Shown here piece by piece: positions 14,001 to 26,715 of a stretch of DNA of 64,000 nucleotides. Below the pieces are notes generated by a model. That model was not told the DNA's origin. It was given only the letters and a program-made list of their open reading frames with translations, and ran no database searches. Within the stretch, counting starts at the first letter, position 1. The number at the start of each line of letters is the position of its first letter. The stretch is taken from contig JAQGDQ010002372.1 of assembly GCA_030141605.1 (NCBI GenBank), positions 62,001 to 126,000 on the forward strand, given 5' to 3'. The position numbers and the translations under genes are program-made. The DNA comes from Tubiluchus corallicola (lineage: Eukaryota; Animalia; Priapulida).

Positions 14001-16916
14001 CAGCGAAGACGACATCATGCTTTTACTAAGTGCTACTATTTATCATCTTTATTGGGTGTACCCAATTAACAAAATAAGACAGCACCGTGGTGATGTTGCA
14101 ACCTTGTACGAAAATTTGAGAGAAGATTTGCAGAAATTTACAGTTAGATTAGTATCACTCCGGACACTTACGACGAGTTATTAGCTTTGCTGCAGGACTC
14201 GATTACAAAAAAGATGTAAACTTCAGGGACTGGGTTGACCCTTCGTTTAAAAGCTGTTAGTAACCTTTAGGTAACGAACTTTAACTTCTTGTAAGTTTTC
14301 TTGTGCGAGTCATGTTTCACAATTTCAATAAAAATCATAATGATTACTTCTGCTTTTTGTTTAAACTGACAACGATTGTATACTATTATTTATGTTATAC
14401 AATAATTGCATACTTTAATAAAACATAAAGTCGCTTGTTTGTTAAGGCGAAAAATCTTATATTTTATTAATCTTTATTAATCTTATTAAATCTTATAATC
14501 TTATGCTGAAATATATTAATTGTTGATCGTTAAACAAGAAATAACTAATTGAGTAGTTAATTATTAATCATAAATTCTGAGAGGGATCCTCACGAAAATG
14601 GAACATGCAATATTTCTACCATGCGGTAATTTTCCTCGTGAGAAGAATACATAGCTTCTAGTTGGCAGCAGAATTCCTCGCGAGGAATTGCGGGAGGAAA
14701 ATTGCCATTGCGAAATGCGCCATGTGTTCCATTTTCGTGAGGAATACCGCAAGGAATTTCTCCTCAACGGATTTTGTCGTCGCCCTCATTGTGAAATGGG
14801 CTTAAGTTTGTAAAAGTAGATAGTTGTCATGATAGTGATTAGTGACTGTCGACAAAGTGTCATCATTATTTTTTTTCGTACTTGTCCTTATCGTCGTAGT
14901 CGTTGTTGTCGTCACTGTCATCATCATCATCATTAATCATTAACATTTGCCATTATAACCCATCATTGTCATTATGATTACCACCGCTTTCATCATCATC
15001 ATTATCATCATCATCATCGTCGTCGTCGTCATCATCATTATCATCATCACCATCAAATCATCATCATCATCCATTATCATAGCCACCGTCATCATCGTAA
15101 TCATCATCATCAATGTTATTATCATCATCACCATTATCACTATTATCACCGTCGTCATTATCGCCATTATAAGCATAGTCATCACCATCATCACAGTAAT
15201 TGTCGTTGCCATAGTAAACTGCTTTGTATGTTAAATTATTCATAATTTTAACTTGAAGATTATCATTAATGACCTTTGGACTACCATAGCGGCCTTGTGG
15301 TTCTCGCATCAGCTTTGTAAGCCGAAAGTCCCTGGTTCAAATCCAGACAGTCTTTCAACTTTTCACATTTCCTTGTTACCAAACTTTAATTAACTGTGGA
15401 TTTATTCCGTCATGTTTGTATAGTGTTCTGTTGTTATGGATATCACTGCAATCAAAGAACAACTTCGCATTCAATAAATGACATAAATTACAGGTGCGTA
15501 GTTACAGCTTAATTATATAATAACATTTATTGTTGGAAAGGCTTTTGAAAAATAAAAGCAGGGCCTTTTGTCTGTTATAACACTTTTGTTAGATAAAATG
15601 CATTTTTATATTTTTTGTTGAAGTAGACTTTTCATTAGTAAGTTTATTTATTTTTCAGCATCTGCTTTAAAGTGCTATGAATGCTGGGATGTAGCTGATA
15701 ACAAAGACTGTGTCCAAGAGGAAAATTTAGTAGATTGTAGTACCAAAAAAATAGCTACAGATACATGCGAAACTACGATAAATTATCACAGTAAGTTATC
15801 ACAAAGTGCTTATACTAATGCTTATTGTTGTTATCTATCTCTTGCTATCTACTGTTATTATTACCTACTAAAATTATGTCTGCTTTAAAATATATGTAAA
15901 TGTACAAAATATGGCAGTTGATATGGATCTGATGTGTTCCTTGGAGATATTGTCGTTCCACAAAGCAACCGTTTTTTTTTGTTATTTTTGTGATCGTTTG
16001 TTCTTAATGCAGTCTCTTCAGTTGAGAAGCTGTGACTTTGTGAGTTTTGCAAAGTTAGTATATATGTGTCTGCTTGCAGTTGCGAGTACTACTCTGTGCT
16101 GCACTTGAAGGAAAAACAGATTGATCTCAACATGACAAATGTTAAGGCACGTCAACTGGTTTAGAAAATGCACGAAAAAAACAACGAATTGATTTAAATA
16201 AACAAATATCCTTAATACGAAATTCGAAGTTTGTTTCGTTCACGAAGTAAAGATCTAGCACTCTTTAATTTTTTGTCAATTTATATTTTAAGCGTTGTAA
16301 AAGTTGAATAGCTACCTTCCACATCTGCTTCCACGTTGTCAGTGACCATCTTAATGACGAGTTTTTTTGTCGCAGATTTACATCTTCTTATCCTTCAATT
16401 TGCACTCAATTCGAAAAAAAATGTAAAATGAGTACAGTTTATACTGCAACACGTGGTGTACCACATGGATCGATACTCAGACCGCTGTTATTTATTTGAT
16501 CTATTACTGATGACTTATCAACATTGTACTAACAGAGAGCGAACAAATTGGATGAAAGCAAGCAAATTGTCAGTTAACTACGCCAAGCACATTATTAAAG
16601 ATTAGCAGTGCAAATTGCTTTTTCTTTTCCAGAAACTACCGGTTACAGCATAACAAAGAAGTGCGCCTTACGTCCCTGTTCTTTATCTGTGAATGAATTA
16701 ATGGGATGGCAGTGCGGAGATACAAACAGAGATGCTTGGACTTGTACTAGGTGCTGTGAGGAAGATGGGTGCAATTACATAGACCCCAAATCGAAACGTT
16801 TTCTGACTGGCAGTAGCAGAGCTAGTACACGGACCAGTGGCACGGAGATCATTATAATAACTGCCTTTGCATCAAGCTTAATAGTTAAACTCTACTTCAA
16901 TGGAAACAGGCGGTGA
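8065..16916 (+). CDS. Ly6/uPAR three-finger protein, 12-Cys LYPD6-like, paralog 2 (3 exons, 159 aa)
   Basis: Exon 8065-8128: MMLKLKAWELVLLLVVYSVAK, a signal peptide with phase-1 GT. Exon 15659-15790: ASALKCYECWDVADNKDCVQEENLVDCSTKKIATDTCETTINYH, donor GTAAGT. Exon 16633-16916: KTTGYSITKKCALRPCSLSVNELMGWQCGDTNRDAWTCTRCCEEDGCN...IIIITAFASSLIVKLYFNGNRR*. Phases are consistent and the total is 480 nt. LxCYxC...CCxxDxCN is the canonical LU pattern. Exon 1 is the least certain (weak donor GTTTTG, 7.5-kb intron). Confidence 0.85.
9016..11245 (+). mobile_element. Decayed PIF/Harbinger element with a transposase N-terminal fragment
   Basis: Subterminal inverted repeats caaacttttagttgcgcaac (~9122) and gttgcgcaactaaaagtttg (11161). 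The fragment LLKGQFYKFYDDLRAHPSKFLSY (~10024-10092) fits the Harbinger transposase G.F..L..DLR..P.KF..Y motif. Boundaries are approximate. Confidence 0.55.
11574..13394 (+). repeat. Direct tandem duplication, 901-bp copies (11574-12474 and 12494-13394), period 920
   Basis: The copies read as identical except for one substitution I noticed (c11671 vs g12591). A 19-nt junction insert occupies 12475-12493. Confidence 0.95.
13190..14802 (+). mobile_element. Non-autonomous PIF/Harbinger element Y, interrupted by related element X
   Basis: Right end gtgaaatgggct|taa. The internal fragment at ~14050-14270 reads YWVYPINKIRQHRGDVATLYENLREDLQKF...TYDELLALLQDSITKK...KLLVT, which is the Harbinger transposase N-terminus with frameshifts. 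Confidence 0.75.
13364..13983 (-). mobile_element. Non-autonomous PIF/Harbinger element X (620 bp) with TTA TSD
   Basis: TIRs ggagcatttcac...gtgaaatgggcc, flanked by TTA at 13361-13363 and 13984-13986 (the Harbinger TWA target). Minus-strand transposase remnant INESIEHRGVVPTLYGHLKDDQEK. Confidence 0.8.
14885..15215. repeat. Degenerate (CAT/CGT)n trinucleotide repeat
   Basis: Directly visible. It explains the poly-I/M/D ORFs. Confidence 0.9.
15284..15352 (+). mobile_element. tRNA-derived SINE head or tRNA pseudogene (Thr-TGT-like anticodon arm)
   Basis: A-box-like tagcggccttgtgg, imperfect arm tcagc-tttgtaa-gccga, B box ggttcaaatcc. No intact acceptor stem. Confidence 0.5.
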
Positions 16917-19599
16917 GACAGCAAAAGTAATTCCGGTTCAATAATTTTTCTATTATAATGAGTACTATGTAGGCATTATAATTCAAAGTGGTAAGCTTTA
17001 GTTAACAGTATTATATAATCATTTATAGGCCAAAATACATTTAGAACATCGTCCTCAGTTCCACTGATTTCTACTTAATTTGCCTTATAAAATGACATCA
17101 AAGCGTACAAATTGCATTTCATGGTAACAATAGAAAAGTTAGCAATAATTCAGTATAATGGGCATCATCTTTTACTTGACTGCTGCTTTAAATCGCATCA
17201 GCTACTTTTCTATTTCATTGTTTCCGTCATCACAAATATTCCTTGTTGGTGCAAGAGTCTTCTACAACAGCGTCAACTGAAACATTAAAAAGCGAAGTTT
17301 TGATTTTAGTGTTGTGTTGTCATTATTATTATTATACATCAATATGCCTAGTTGTTGCGAACAATACAACTTAATGGGCTTCCAAACTACTTGAAAATGG
17401 AATGGTTTTCTAGGCGTTTAGTAAGGTTAAAGGTATTGTAAGTTATCTCTAGCAGTCAAGACCGATTGCATTTCGTGAAAAACACTGTATCAGGAATTCG
17501 TAATTGCATCCATTAACGCCATTAACGTAAAGCAGTATGTCGTAAATTTCGTGCAATCACGCAATTTTGGCCAGTTGCATTTACAAAAATAGAGAATAAA
17601 TCTATTCTCTCTCTCTTTCTCTCTCTCTTCTCTCTATTTTTCTGTGCTCAGCCTTTTTCGACTATTTTAGCTATGATCTTATTCTACGACAAAGACCAGA
17701 AATGATTTCCGGGTCGATTTCTGTGAACTAGTGCTATATAAGTGTGTGATTATTGTTGAACTGTCTTTTTCTTCAGTTCACGTTTGTAATGCATGTACAT
17801 AACAATATTTTCATTGAATAGCTTAACTTTCGATTTCTGTTGTCAGTTAGTGTTAAGGGAGAATAACCAAAATTATTTTATTTACGACTCTAATCTGTAT
17901 GGTGTTTTATATAATGTATTATAGTGCATGGTATTCTGCAATTATGTGCACATTTAGCTTTTAACTTACATTAGGTACTCGTCTATTCCATATTAAACTA
18001 TGTTGCATGTGGTGCCGATTTTTTCTTAAAAATAACATTATAGTATGCATTGTGCTTATATGTGTATAGTCTATGTCACACTGTTATTTCGGCTTTATAA
18101 TCGCTAATTTTTAACCTCCCATATAGGTCCACAAAAGAAAACTATGATTCCTACTCTTTTAAATTCGTAAAATTGTCACTTTAGGTTCATTTCTGATCTT
18201 AATGAAGCAGATACCATTATATGCGATATACGACTTAGCCAATAGGTCTGCTACTCGGCTTTTAAAAATATAGTCTCTGTCGAAGGTGACAATGTTATTT
18301 CCACATTATAATAATAAATGTATTAAAATTTGTCTATAAAAATTTATGTACTTTATACGTATGATTTTATGTAAATGATTTTTTTCTGTTTAATTTTCTA
18401 ATCTTAATTGATTGTGATTTTTCAACTATAGTTAATGTAGTACATCAAAATAAAAAAATACCAATCTTACCATTTTTACTCACTCTAGACTATCAAAACT
18501 AAAATTATGAACACATTTCAGCTTAAAAAAGATTCTTAACAAAACTGAATCAATTGAGATCCAAGTCTCCGAGCATGACCGCGCTTTACTATGCCTGGTC
18601 TAGTGTAGTTCGCTCATGTGTGACTGACCAGAGTGCACAGTGCTCGTGACTGTCAATTGACTATATCCGGTCCAGTGCTATTTACTCATGTGTGACTGAA
18701 CAGTTTGCCTATTTGGGTTCTATCCCGGGCCCTTAAACAATCCCAGCTTATTCTATCATACCATTATGTGAGCCCCGGGTCACGTGTGTATATTGGAAGT
18801 TTGTGATTCTAAAGTTTTAGAGTTATTCACTGTTATGACTCCATTACTAACGTGACGATGACAGCAAACGGGCTTCTTTGTTGCTCACGGTTTAAAAATA
18901 TTAATTTTTGGAATTTTGCTAATCAAATTCTATAGCCAGGTCTGTACAAACTAATTATCACGCGAACGATTATGTTTTACTCAGTCATAAATCAGTGATT
19001 TTATAAATTCCGTTTACATGTATGCTGATTCTGGTCACGTTTTGACAAAGTGTTCTTCGGAATTGTATTAATTAATAACTTCACCAGTTTAATTTATAAC
19101 AAACGTGATGTAAATGGTGTAAACGTTCAATCGCTCCAAATGCAGTATAGTTACAGTACGTGGTGTAACGAAATCCTTTGCTACAGAGGTTACAAACAGA
19201 AGTGCAGTACAGAACATTACAAGGGTAATATATAGGTTTTTTCACTCAAATATTGACACGCCTAGTATCAAATATGACATTCATCATCAAATACGACTAG
19301 GTCGTCCAAATGTAACAAAAACCATGGACATAGGCTGATGCATAAAGGGTTGCTGTTCTTGTCGTTGTTATGCTGTTATTGTGATTATTATTGCTGTAAA
19401 ATTATTATGAACTGCCTGAAATGTTATAAGCATAATGGTTTGTCGTCAGTTGACGTGTGAACATCGTCGTGCAAATCGTCCTGCTAATGAATTAATTTAC
19501 GCAGAACTGGTTTTACTTGATGCTGCAAGCCTCGTAGTTTAAACTATGATATAACATAGGTTACTGGTAATGTATTTTTTACCTGTAAAATTACAATCT

Positions 19600-22500
19600 G
19601 AACAACAACAAAACTACTAAAAATGAGTGAAGAATAGCCAAAGAGAAGTAACATGGAGCAAATAAAAATGAAAGTAGAAGTTTATGGGAAAATTTTCCAT
19701 CAACGCTGAACATGACGATGCCGGGAAAATTGTTGTGCGAGGTGAGAAAGTGAACAAAATCACCGATGGATTGAGGAATGCGATGAAGATCGTGGAACCA
19801 AACTCTACGTGTGATCAGACAAATAACGAACAAGGTACTGTTCTAACCTATAAAATCACCGTATCGAAAAAATTGACCTGGGAAAAATCTTCAATAACAG
19901 TATTGTTATCACAGAAGACTGCTACATAAAATAGTGTAATGAGAAACTAGCAACGTTACTAAACATGGCAATGGAAGCCACTGTTTTAAGTGACACTGAA
20001 CTAGTAAATATAAACAACGAAGCCCTACACCAAGACAAGAAATTGTATATGAAAGCAGCGACAATGAAATAAATACAAAAGAGAATGACGTAACATATAT
20101 AAACAAAGATGACATCCTACGAGAAAATGCCTTTAATGAGAACAGGGATAGTACACCAAACCTAACAATAAAGCTAACAATGAATCCATAAACGAAATAT
20201 CCATATAAGCAGTAGAACAAGATAATGAAAATTATGTAGAAGTCCTGCCCTCAGTGCAAAACAAAAATGAGTCTTGTGAAAGAAACGAACCTGACTGAGT
20301 TCACATAGATTCAGTTTTTAAATCTCCTCCCCCTAAGCAAGCAAAACAAATCGATCATGATCGAAGTTCAAGCGAAAAGGTGCATCCAACCCGAAACATC
20401 TACAGTGACAACAAACACTTACGCCAGTGTTGTCAGTAATAACGGGAAACGTGATAAGGTGAACACCTCAAACACGACACCTGCTTTATTAGCCGTTGAA
20501 CGTCGTTGAGTACACAGACATCCTAAGCAAACATGATATGACACCACTGAATGACAAAGAACCAACAAGAATTACAAAAACAACATCTACTCTTATAGAT
20601 CCTATATTAGTACAAGACAATTTTCAAATCTATACCAAACCACTTCTCAGACCATAACTATATTATCTGTATTACGAAAATGAGCACACATTTACAAAAA
20701 AATAATGAATTCACCTACAAATATAGCGAAAATATGAATAACATCAACCAAGATATGTTTCTGTCAGACTAGAATAAAATGCTCTGGCAAGAAACATATC
20801 AAACAATTGATATAGACTTACAAATTGAAATTTTATTAAACAATATTAAATACTGCCTAGTTATTTATGCTCCAATACAGAAAATCAAATTGTCAAATAA
20901 AAGAACACTTCCACAACGTAATAAATCTGCCAGAATTAACTAAATTACAACAAGAAAAAAATGTTCTATTGAAAACATTTATGTCGACAAAACAGCTCAT
21001 CGGCCATAATGCTTACAAAAAGCAAGGAACCGTTTCAATACAAGAAACTCTAATTTAAAAAATAATTATTATAAAAGCAAGTGCTTAAATGCAAAAGCAT
21101 CAAAAGAAAAATGGCAGGTCATAAACAAGGTTTTAAATAAAACAAACACACAAACCTCCATAAATAAAATTATCATGAATAACAAAGTGTACAAGAATCA
21201 AGAAATAGCAAACATACTTAACAACACCTTCTTAAAATGGGTGAGTACAAAGGAGACCCATCATACAAAAAAGGGAATATGACGAAATATTTCTTACCAA
21301 AAAAGTAAACTGTGCCTTTAGATTCATGCCAACTGATCCAACAGAAATAATATCCATTATTAACAACATGAAACATTCCAAAAGTGCAGGTCCATGTGAT
21401 ATTCCTATTAAAGCTATAAAATGATCTGGTGCCATCCTAGCTCCACATATCTCTTATATATTCAACCAAATGGTAATGAGAGGAAGCTTTCCAAATATAT
21501 GCAAGATAGCTAATGTAACTCCAAAAGATTAAAATGGAAATCTTGAAACACCAGAAAATTACCGCCCAATACCTATTGTACATGCAGTTTCTAAAATTTT
21601 TGAAAAACTAATTCACAAACAAATATACAAATAATTGGTAGATAATAATATTCTAAAAAACATTGATTTGGTTATGAAAAGAAATATAGCACAGTGGACG
21701 CAATGTGAAAGTTGTAACTGTATATTTTAGGTGCTGCCATCTATTGATTAGTCACTTTAACATTTTACTAGTTAAACTCACCCCTAGTATAATTGCTCGG
21801 TCCAGTGAATATGCAAACTCACTGGATCTCCCCTATTTTTACTGTAATGAGATATGTGAAGCCAAGTTTTTGCATAGTTCTCTACCTATATATACTGGCT
21901 GGATTTCACTTCTAGCCACTGTCTAACTGTCACGTTCTCAGTGCAGTGCAGTCGTGCTACACACTGTTTAACTCACACTCTCACTGCAGTGCAGCAGTCG
22001 TGATCTTCATTTTACTTGTGTATTTAGTATAATAAACGGTTTCAGTTTTTGTGCAGATATGTAATATAGTGTTCATTCGTTTTCTACAAGTGTTCAACTT
22101 CATACATGACTTTCACACGCAAAAATTTATATAACTCAAATATGGCGCTACTTTTTAAACGATAAATACACAGCTTCTGCCTTTCTTGATTTGAGCAAGG
22201 TTTCTGACAGCCTCTCACACACCATTTTATTAAAAAAATTGAACGCCATTGCATTTGACAACTATTCTGTCAAACTTATTCAAGATTATCTACCTACCAG
22301 TAAACAAGGGGCTAAATTAAATGACATATACTCAAATTGGGGCAATAATATTAATGGAGTACTTCAAGGCACAATTCTAGGCCCACAGCTATCTATCATA
22401 TATACGTAAACGGTATTTCAAACATAATAAGTAACTGCCATATCGTACAATATGCCGATGATGCTAACATCACAACCAGTAGCATTAATTCCTTTAGTGC

Positions 22501-23522
22501 AGTAGACCAATTCAAATCAAAAGTAGAATAAATGAAATATATTCTGTATATTCTCGATTATTAGCAACTTAAGATGAACCCAGAAAAAACCATTTTCATG
22601 CTTCTAAACATCAAGAGATACAACAAATATACTTTTCGATACATGTCAAATAACTTTAAAAATATTTTTAAAAATGTATAAAACCATGATCTGGTCCTAC
22701 TTAACGTATGGCTGCCACCTACTCTCAAATATATCTAAAACTTCTTTAAAGAGGCTAGAAGTGGCCCAAAGTTACGCTTTAAAACACCTCGTTGGTTTCA
22801 CAACAAGAGCAAAATATTTAGCTACACTGAACAGGGAAAAACTAAAAATACCCACTGTAGAATCCAATTTCCAATTCCATTCACTTTATAATTTTTCTTT
22901 AAACGATTTGGTGCCAGCTTTCAGTGCCAATTAGCTTCCATTTAATATCGAAAAAAATGCTAAACCAATGAACACACAGCACAAGATAAATAAATTCAAA
23001 TAATAAATATGTACAAAATTTAGTCTGTAAAACGACAATAAATACATGGAATGCTTGCCTACTTAATGTAAAAATGTGCAGTGACTCTAAAAAAAATCAA
23101 AAATTAACTGAAAAATACTATAGTAGCCTTCAAAACATGACTAATACAAAAACATCAGACAACACGTATTGTCAATTTTAACCCAATAGTCTGTAGTAGT
23201 GGCATATCAAAACCTGTCATGCATTAGCATCAAGTCAACAAATTAAAACCCACCAACACTCAAGTCACTAACACAAAACATCTATAAAGCACCTAATTTG
23301 AATTTCAATTTGTAAATATTGTAAAGTTTTAAAGTCTTAAATGTATCTTAAGCTTTAGCGTAATTTATTATAATATCATTTGTGTTTTTAATTGTAAATT
23401 CATTTTTTAACACTATTGTTCACAGCAGTGGAAACACTGATTACACTTAATTTTTGGAATGTAGTTTACAGTTCATCGATGTGTAATTTTAACAGCAATA
23501 AGGAATTTTATTATTATTATTC
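19600..23522 (+). mobile_element. Degenerate CR1/L2-group LINE (ORF1 remnant, APE C-terminus, RT)
   Basis: Fragments: EPTRITKTTSTLIDPILV...SDH (endonuclease end, ~20560-20655), NYRPI (~21557), FLDLSKVSD (~22182), GVLQGTILGP (~22356), QYADD (~22448). A 3' AATAAG plus (TTA)n tail lies near 23500-23522. Many stops and frameshifts. Confidence 0.85.
21704..22117 (+). mobile_element. Solo LTR (414 bp) inserted in the LINE RT
   Basis: Termini TGTGAAAGT...ACTTTCACA (TG..CA, 9-bp inverted) with a perfect 5-bp TSD CGCAA at 21699-21703 and 22118-22122. Internal TATATATA (~21887) and AATAAA (~22031). Removing it restores the frame FGYEKKYSTVDAKIYITQIWRYFLNDKYTASAFLDLSK. Confidence 0.88.
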
Positions 23523-24139
23523 ATTGTATAAGATCTTTAAGTTTTGCAGACATATTTGGTAGTTAGTTAGTTTTGTTAACTATTTTGTTAACCGTTACCA
23601 TGTGACTGTTACATTTGCTTTAGTTTATTACTTTGACAAGATGTAAGGTACAGAAAATTAACGAGATAAATATATAGTGACTTTTCTGATTTTTTAGAAG
23701 TTAATTCATACGTTTTAAATATATCAAATTTTTTTGACTTTTATTACATTGTGCAGTGGTCGCTTCTGTTCTCTTATTAATACCTGTTTACATATATATA
23801 CTGAGCACACTACAAGCCATTTTTCTCACGCAGCAAAAAATCTTTCAAATAAGAACAAGGATATCATACAAATCATAATTATTAATGTTTACAAGTTTCG
23901 ACCGCATTCTAACACTACAGTGACAGCTACCAGCCTAAACATTTAAAAAATGTGCGCTTTTCGAAGAAGCTACCAAGTCAAAAAGTTTTTAAAATAATTT
24001 CTTTGTTTTCAAATTTTTTGTCCCACTGTTATGACCTATATCACATTTGATATACCAAAAACATCAGATTTAAATCTGTGACTAAGACGAATTTGAAGTG
24101 ACTAGTAGGAGGCTATAATTTATAAAGATAGCTCCTAGC

Positions 24140-24884
24140 AAGGGAGTACCCAGAACAAATGGCAATAGAATTTTTCTCTTCAGATTCTGTTTGAATATTG
24201 TTTCAGGTACCCACAACAAAAAATCGGCAAAAATCGGCTTTGATACTCTTCAGATGCATGCGTAAATCCAAAATGGCGCCTGTTGAGGCCAAAAATCAAA
24301 GTATATCTCTCAAACCATTGCATCTAGATGAAAAATATGCTTTATCGACTGGTACGAAGGTGCACAGGTAGACTTTGCTCACAATTTTTAAAATATATGA
24401 TCCTTATGAGTTGGCAACAACCATCTTGTCAGTCGTCAAGTATGCGGTGGCCATATTTGATAATTTTCGGTTGGCTCCACATCCAATAATAATAAACCAG
24501 ATGGATTTTAGCATTGTGCAAAGTTTTGTGTTTTTCAGGCAAAATGAGCAGTTCTGTCATTTGTGCAACATTTGTAGCCATCTTAACAGTCATGTTGAAA
24601 CGGGGTGTTATTACATGGGAAGATATGAATTCCTTGACCTTGAAAACCTATTATTTAGATGCCAAAGTCATTATCCTGTATTCTCTGATAGTTATAACAC
24701 ATAGCCCTTATAAGTTAGTAACAAACATATTGCCAGCCATCTCGAAACTTGCGGCAATATTATATGAATTTCGATTAACCCCATGATCAAAATTAATTTA
24801 TCACCTTAATGAGCTCTAGCACTAGGCAAGGTTTTCGTGCTTTTGGATCAAAATGAGTATTGATTCCCCATCCGGGTAGACTAA
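24140..24884. mobile_element. Probable non-autonomous DNA transposon remnant
   Basis: Recurrent aaaatggcg, gccatctt and gccatattt motifs, and a terminus cccatccgggtagactaa. The left boundary and family are uncertain. Confidence 0.35.
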
Positions 24885-25789
24885 CATTAAATTAACTACC
24901 TTTTTTGACGTCATAATTAGGCGCTATGCCGTGTTTAAATTTCGGCCTAATTTGAACGTGTTATTCTCCGGACCAAATGCTAAAGAAACACCAAAAATGT
25001 TTTCTTGCAATTTTTCATTATATTGATCCTACTATTATAGTCAGGGAGGCATATGAAGTGTTCTAGAGAAAATTAAACATGCATAAAAAGTTATAAAATT
25101 GTGCAATAAAACTGTTTGTTTGATATGGGTCTGATTACTGCAAAATGAAATGGACGGAACACGAGAAACTGCTAAATAAACAGCACGAATTTAATATTCG
25201 GGAGGCTGCGAGATTAGGATGTTCCTCAGTTATCAAAGAGGTCCCATACTGTCTATGTTGTGTGACTTTTCTAGCGTTTCTCCGGTTTAATTCTATTGTA
25301 ATGTTGATTTTTTTAAATTTGAGACTCTGAGTCTGGGAGCAGCTAGGCAGAGTATTATAATTACCTGTGCGATAAGTAAACTGAACGTAAGAAGTGCATT
25401 ATTTTTCGATTAGGATTTTTAACGCTACTCCGAGCCTCATGCTCAGTCATAGTCATACACGTCGCTAAAATTGTGGACAAGATTTAGAATTGCTGAATAA
25501 AACCAGTCAAAATGAGCAAAGTTTACGTTTTTAAGTTGTAGGTTTGTTGTTTATTCGAAAAGGGGCGACCAATTCGAAGGTATTTGGACCTCGGAGGAAG
25601 TTTTGTTGCTTTTACTTGTTAAATTAGGGTCGTTTAACTATCTCGCTAAATTTTGCTAGTTACGTATCTTTATTCTATGTTGCTAAACTGTATTTAATAT
25701 AGATAAAAAATGTCTAATCTAACTTAGATTAGGCATGACAAACAGAACATTTATTAATAAAAGCGCAAGCATATTCATCACATTATAAA

Positions 25790-26200
25790 ATCCAAGGTCC
25801 TTACAATTGTGGAATACTCTAGTCCTGTTAGGAATCCACACTTTATTAAAGACATATATTTGATCAAGGGTGTCCAAAGAAGGGCTACAAAAGTGGTTGA
25901 AGGGTTAAAGAATGTTCCTTACTGTCAGCAACTTAAGCGTCTAGGCCTGCATACATTATTAATTAGAAGTTCATATGCTGATTTAATATAAGCTTTCAAA
26001 GTTATTAAAGGAATTGATGCTGTGCTTCACATTTAAGAGCCATGGGAGAATGACATGAGGACTCCAGTTACAATTGTACAAGAAAAGAGCAAAGCTGGAT
26101 TTAAAAAACTGTTTTTTCAGCCATATGATAATTGATCTGTAAAATGGCTTACCTCAAAGGTCCATGGAATCTTTATAGTTAATGAGTTTACAGGGACCAT
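25790..26200 (+). mobile_element. CR1 LINE 3' fragment
   Basis: EYSSPVRNPHFIKDIYLIKGVQRRATKVVEGLKNVPY..QLKRLGL..L.....ADLI..FK is the typical CR1 ORF2 C-terminus. Confidence 0.85.
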
Positions 26201-26271
26201 CCAAACGTATGCTAATTTTTATTGAACAATAAGGTTGAGACAGTTAGGCTTTTTTAACTAACCGTCTAAAC

Positions 26272-26715
26272 CAGTGGTTCTTAACCTTTTTCACTACTGG
26301 TACAGCCTGAAGGCGAACAAAGTCGTCTGGTGCCCTTTGTAGAAATTTACAAAAAGTATGTATATAGGAACAAAGTAGGTTTTTTAAACTGCATGCCCAA
26401 ACTATTTCTGCGGTATAAGTCCAGTATAACATCGTAAATTATTTAACACAATGTGCGCTACGATTTCTACGGAAATAGCAGTTCAGGTGGCTCACAGTGT
26501 CAAACCTATTTAGTAAAAGTATATTTTAACAACGTTTTAACGATTGTAATTAGGGTTCAACTACTTTATCCTCTTTGTTTAGCTTTGAGACTTATATCTT
26601 TTTTTGAGTCGCTCTCAGGGCAAAATTTTTGATAAAGCAGATCTGCATTTGGTATCCCCTGGGATGGCATTTGGTACCCCCAGGGGGTACCAGGACCCCA
26701 GGTTAAGAACCACTG
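26272..26715. mobile_element. hAT (Charlie-like) MITE, 444 bp
   Basis: 16-bp TIR CAGTGGTTCTTAACCT / AGGTTAAGAACCACTG. The 8-bp flanks gtctaaac and gtttaaat match at 6/8. Subterminal hairpin tggtaccccc-a-gggggtacca. Confidence 0.88.

Noticed and set aside
14940-15309. Hydrophobic poly-I/M and poly-D ORFs (also 60133-60447 and 3565-3839)
   Set aside because: Artefacts of trinucleotide low-complexity repeats, with no splice or homology support.
15284-15352. Functional tRNA-Thr gene
   Set aside because: The acceptor and D stems do not pair and the anticodon stem is mismatched, so it is treated as a SINE head.
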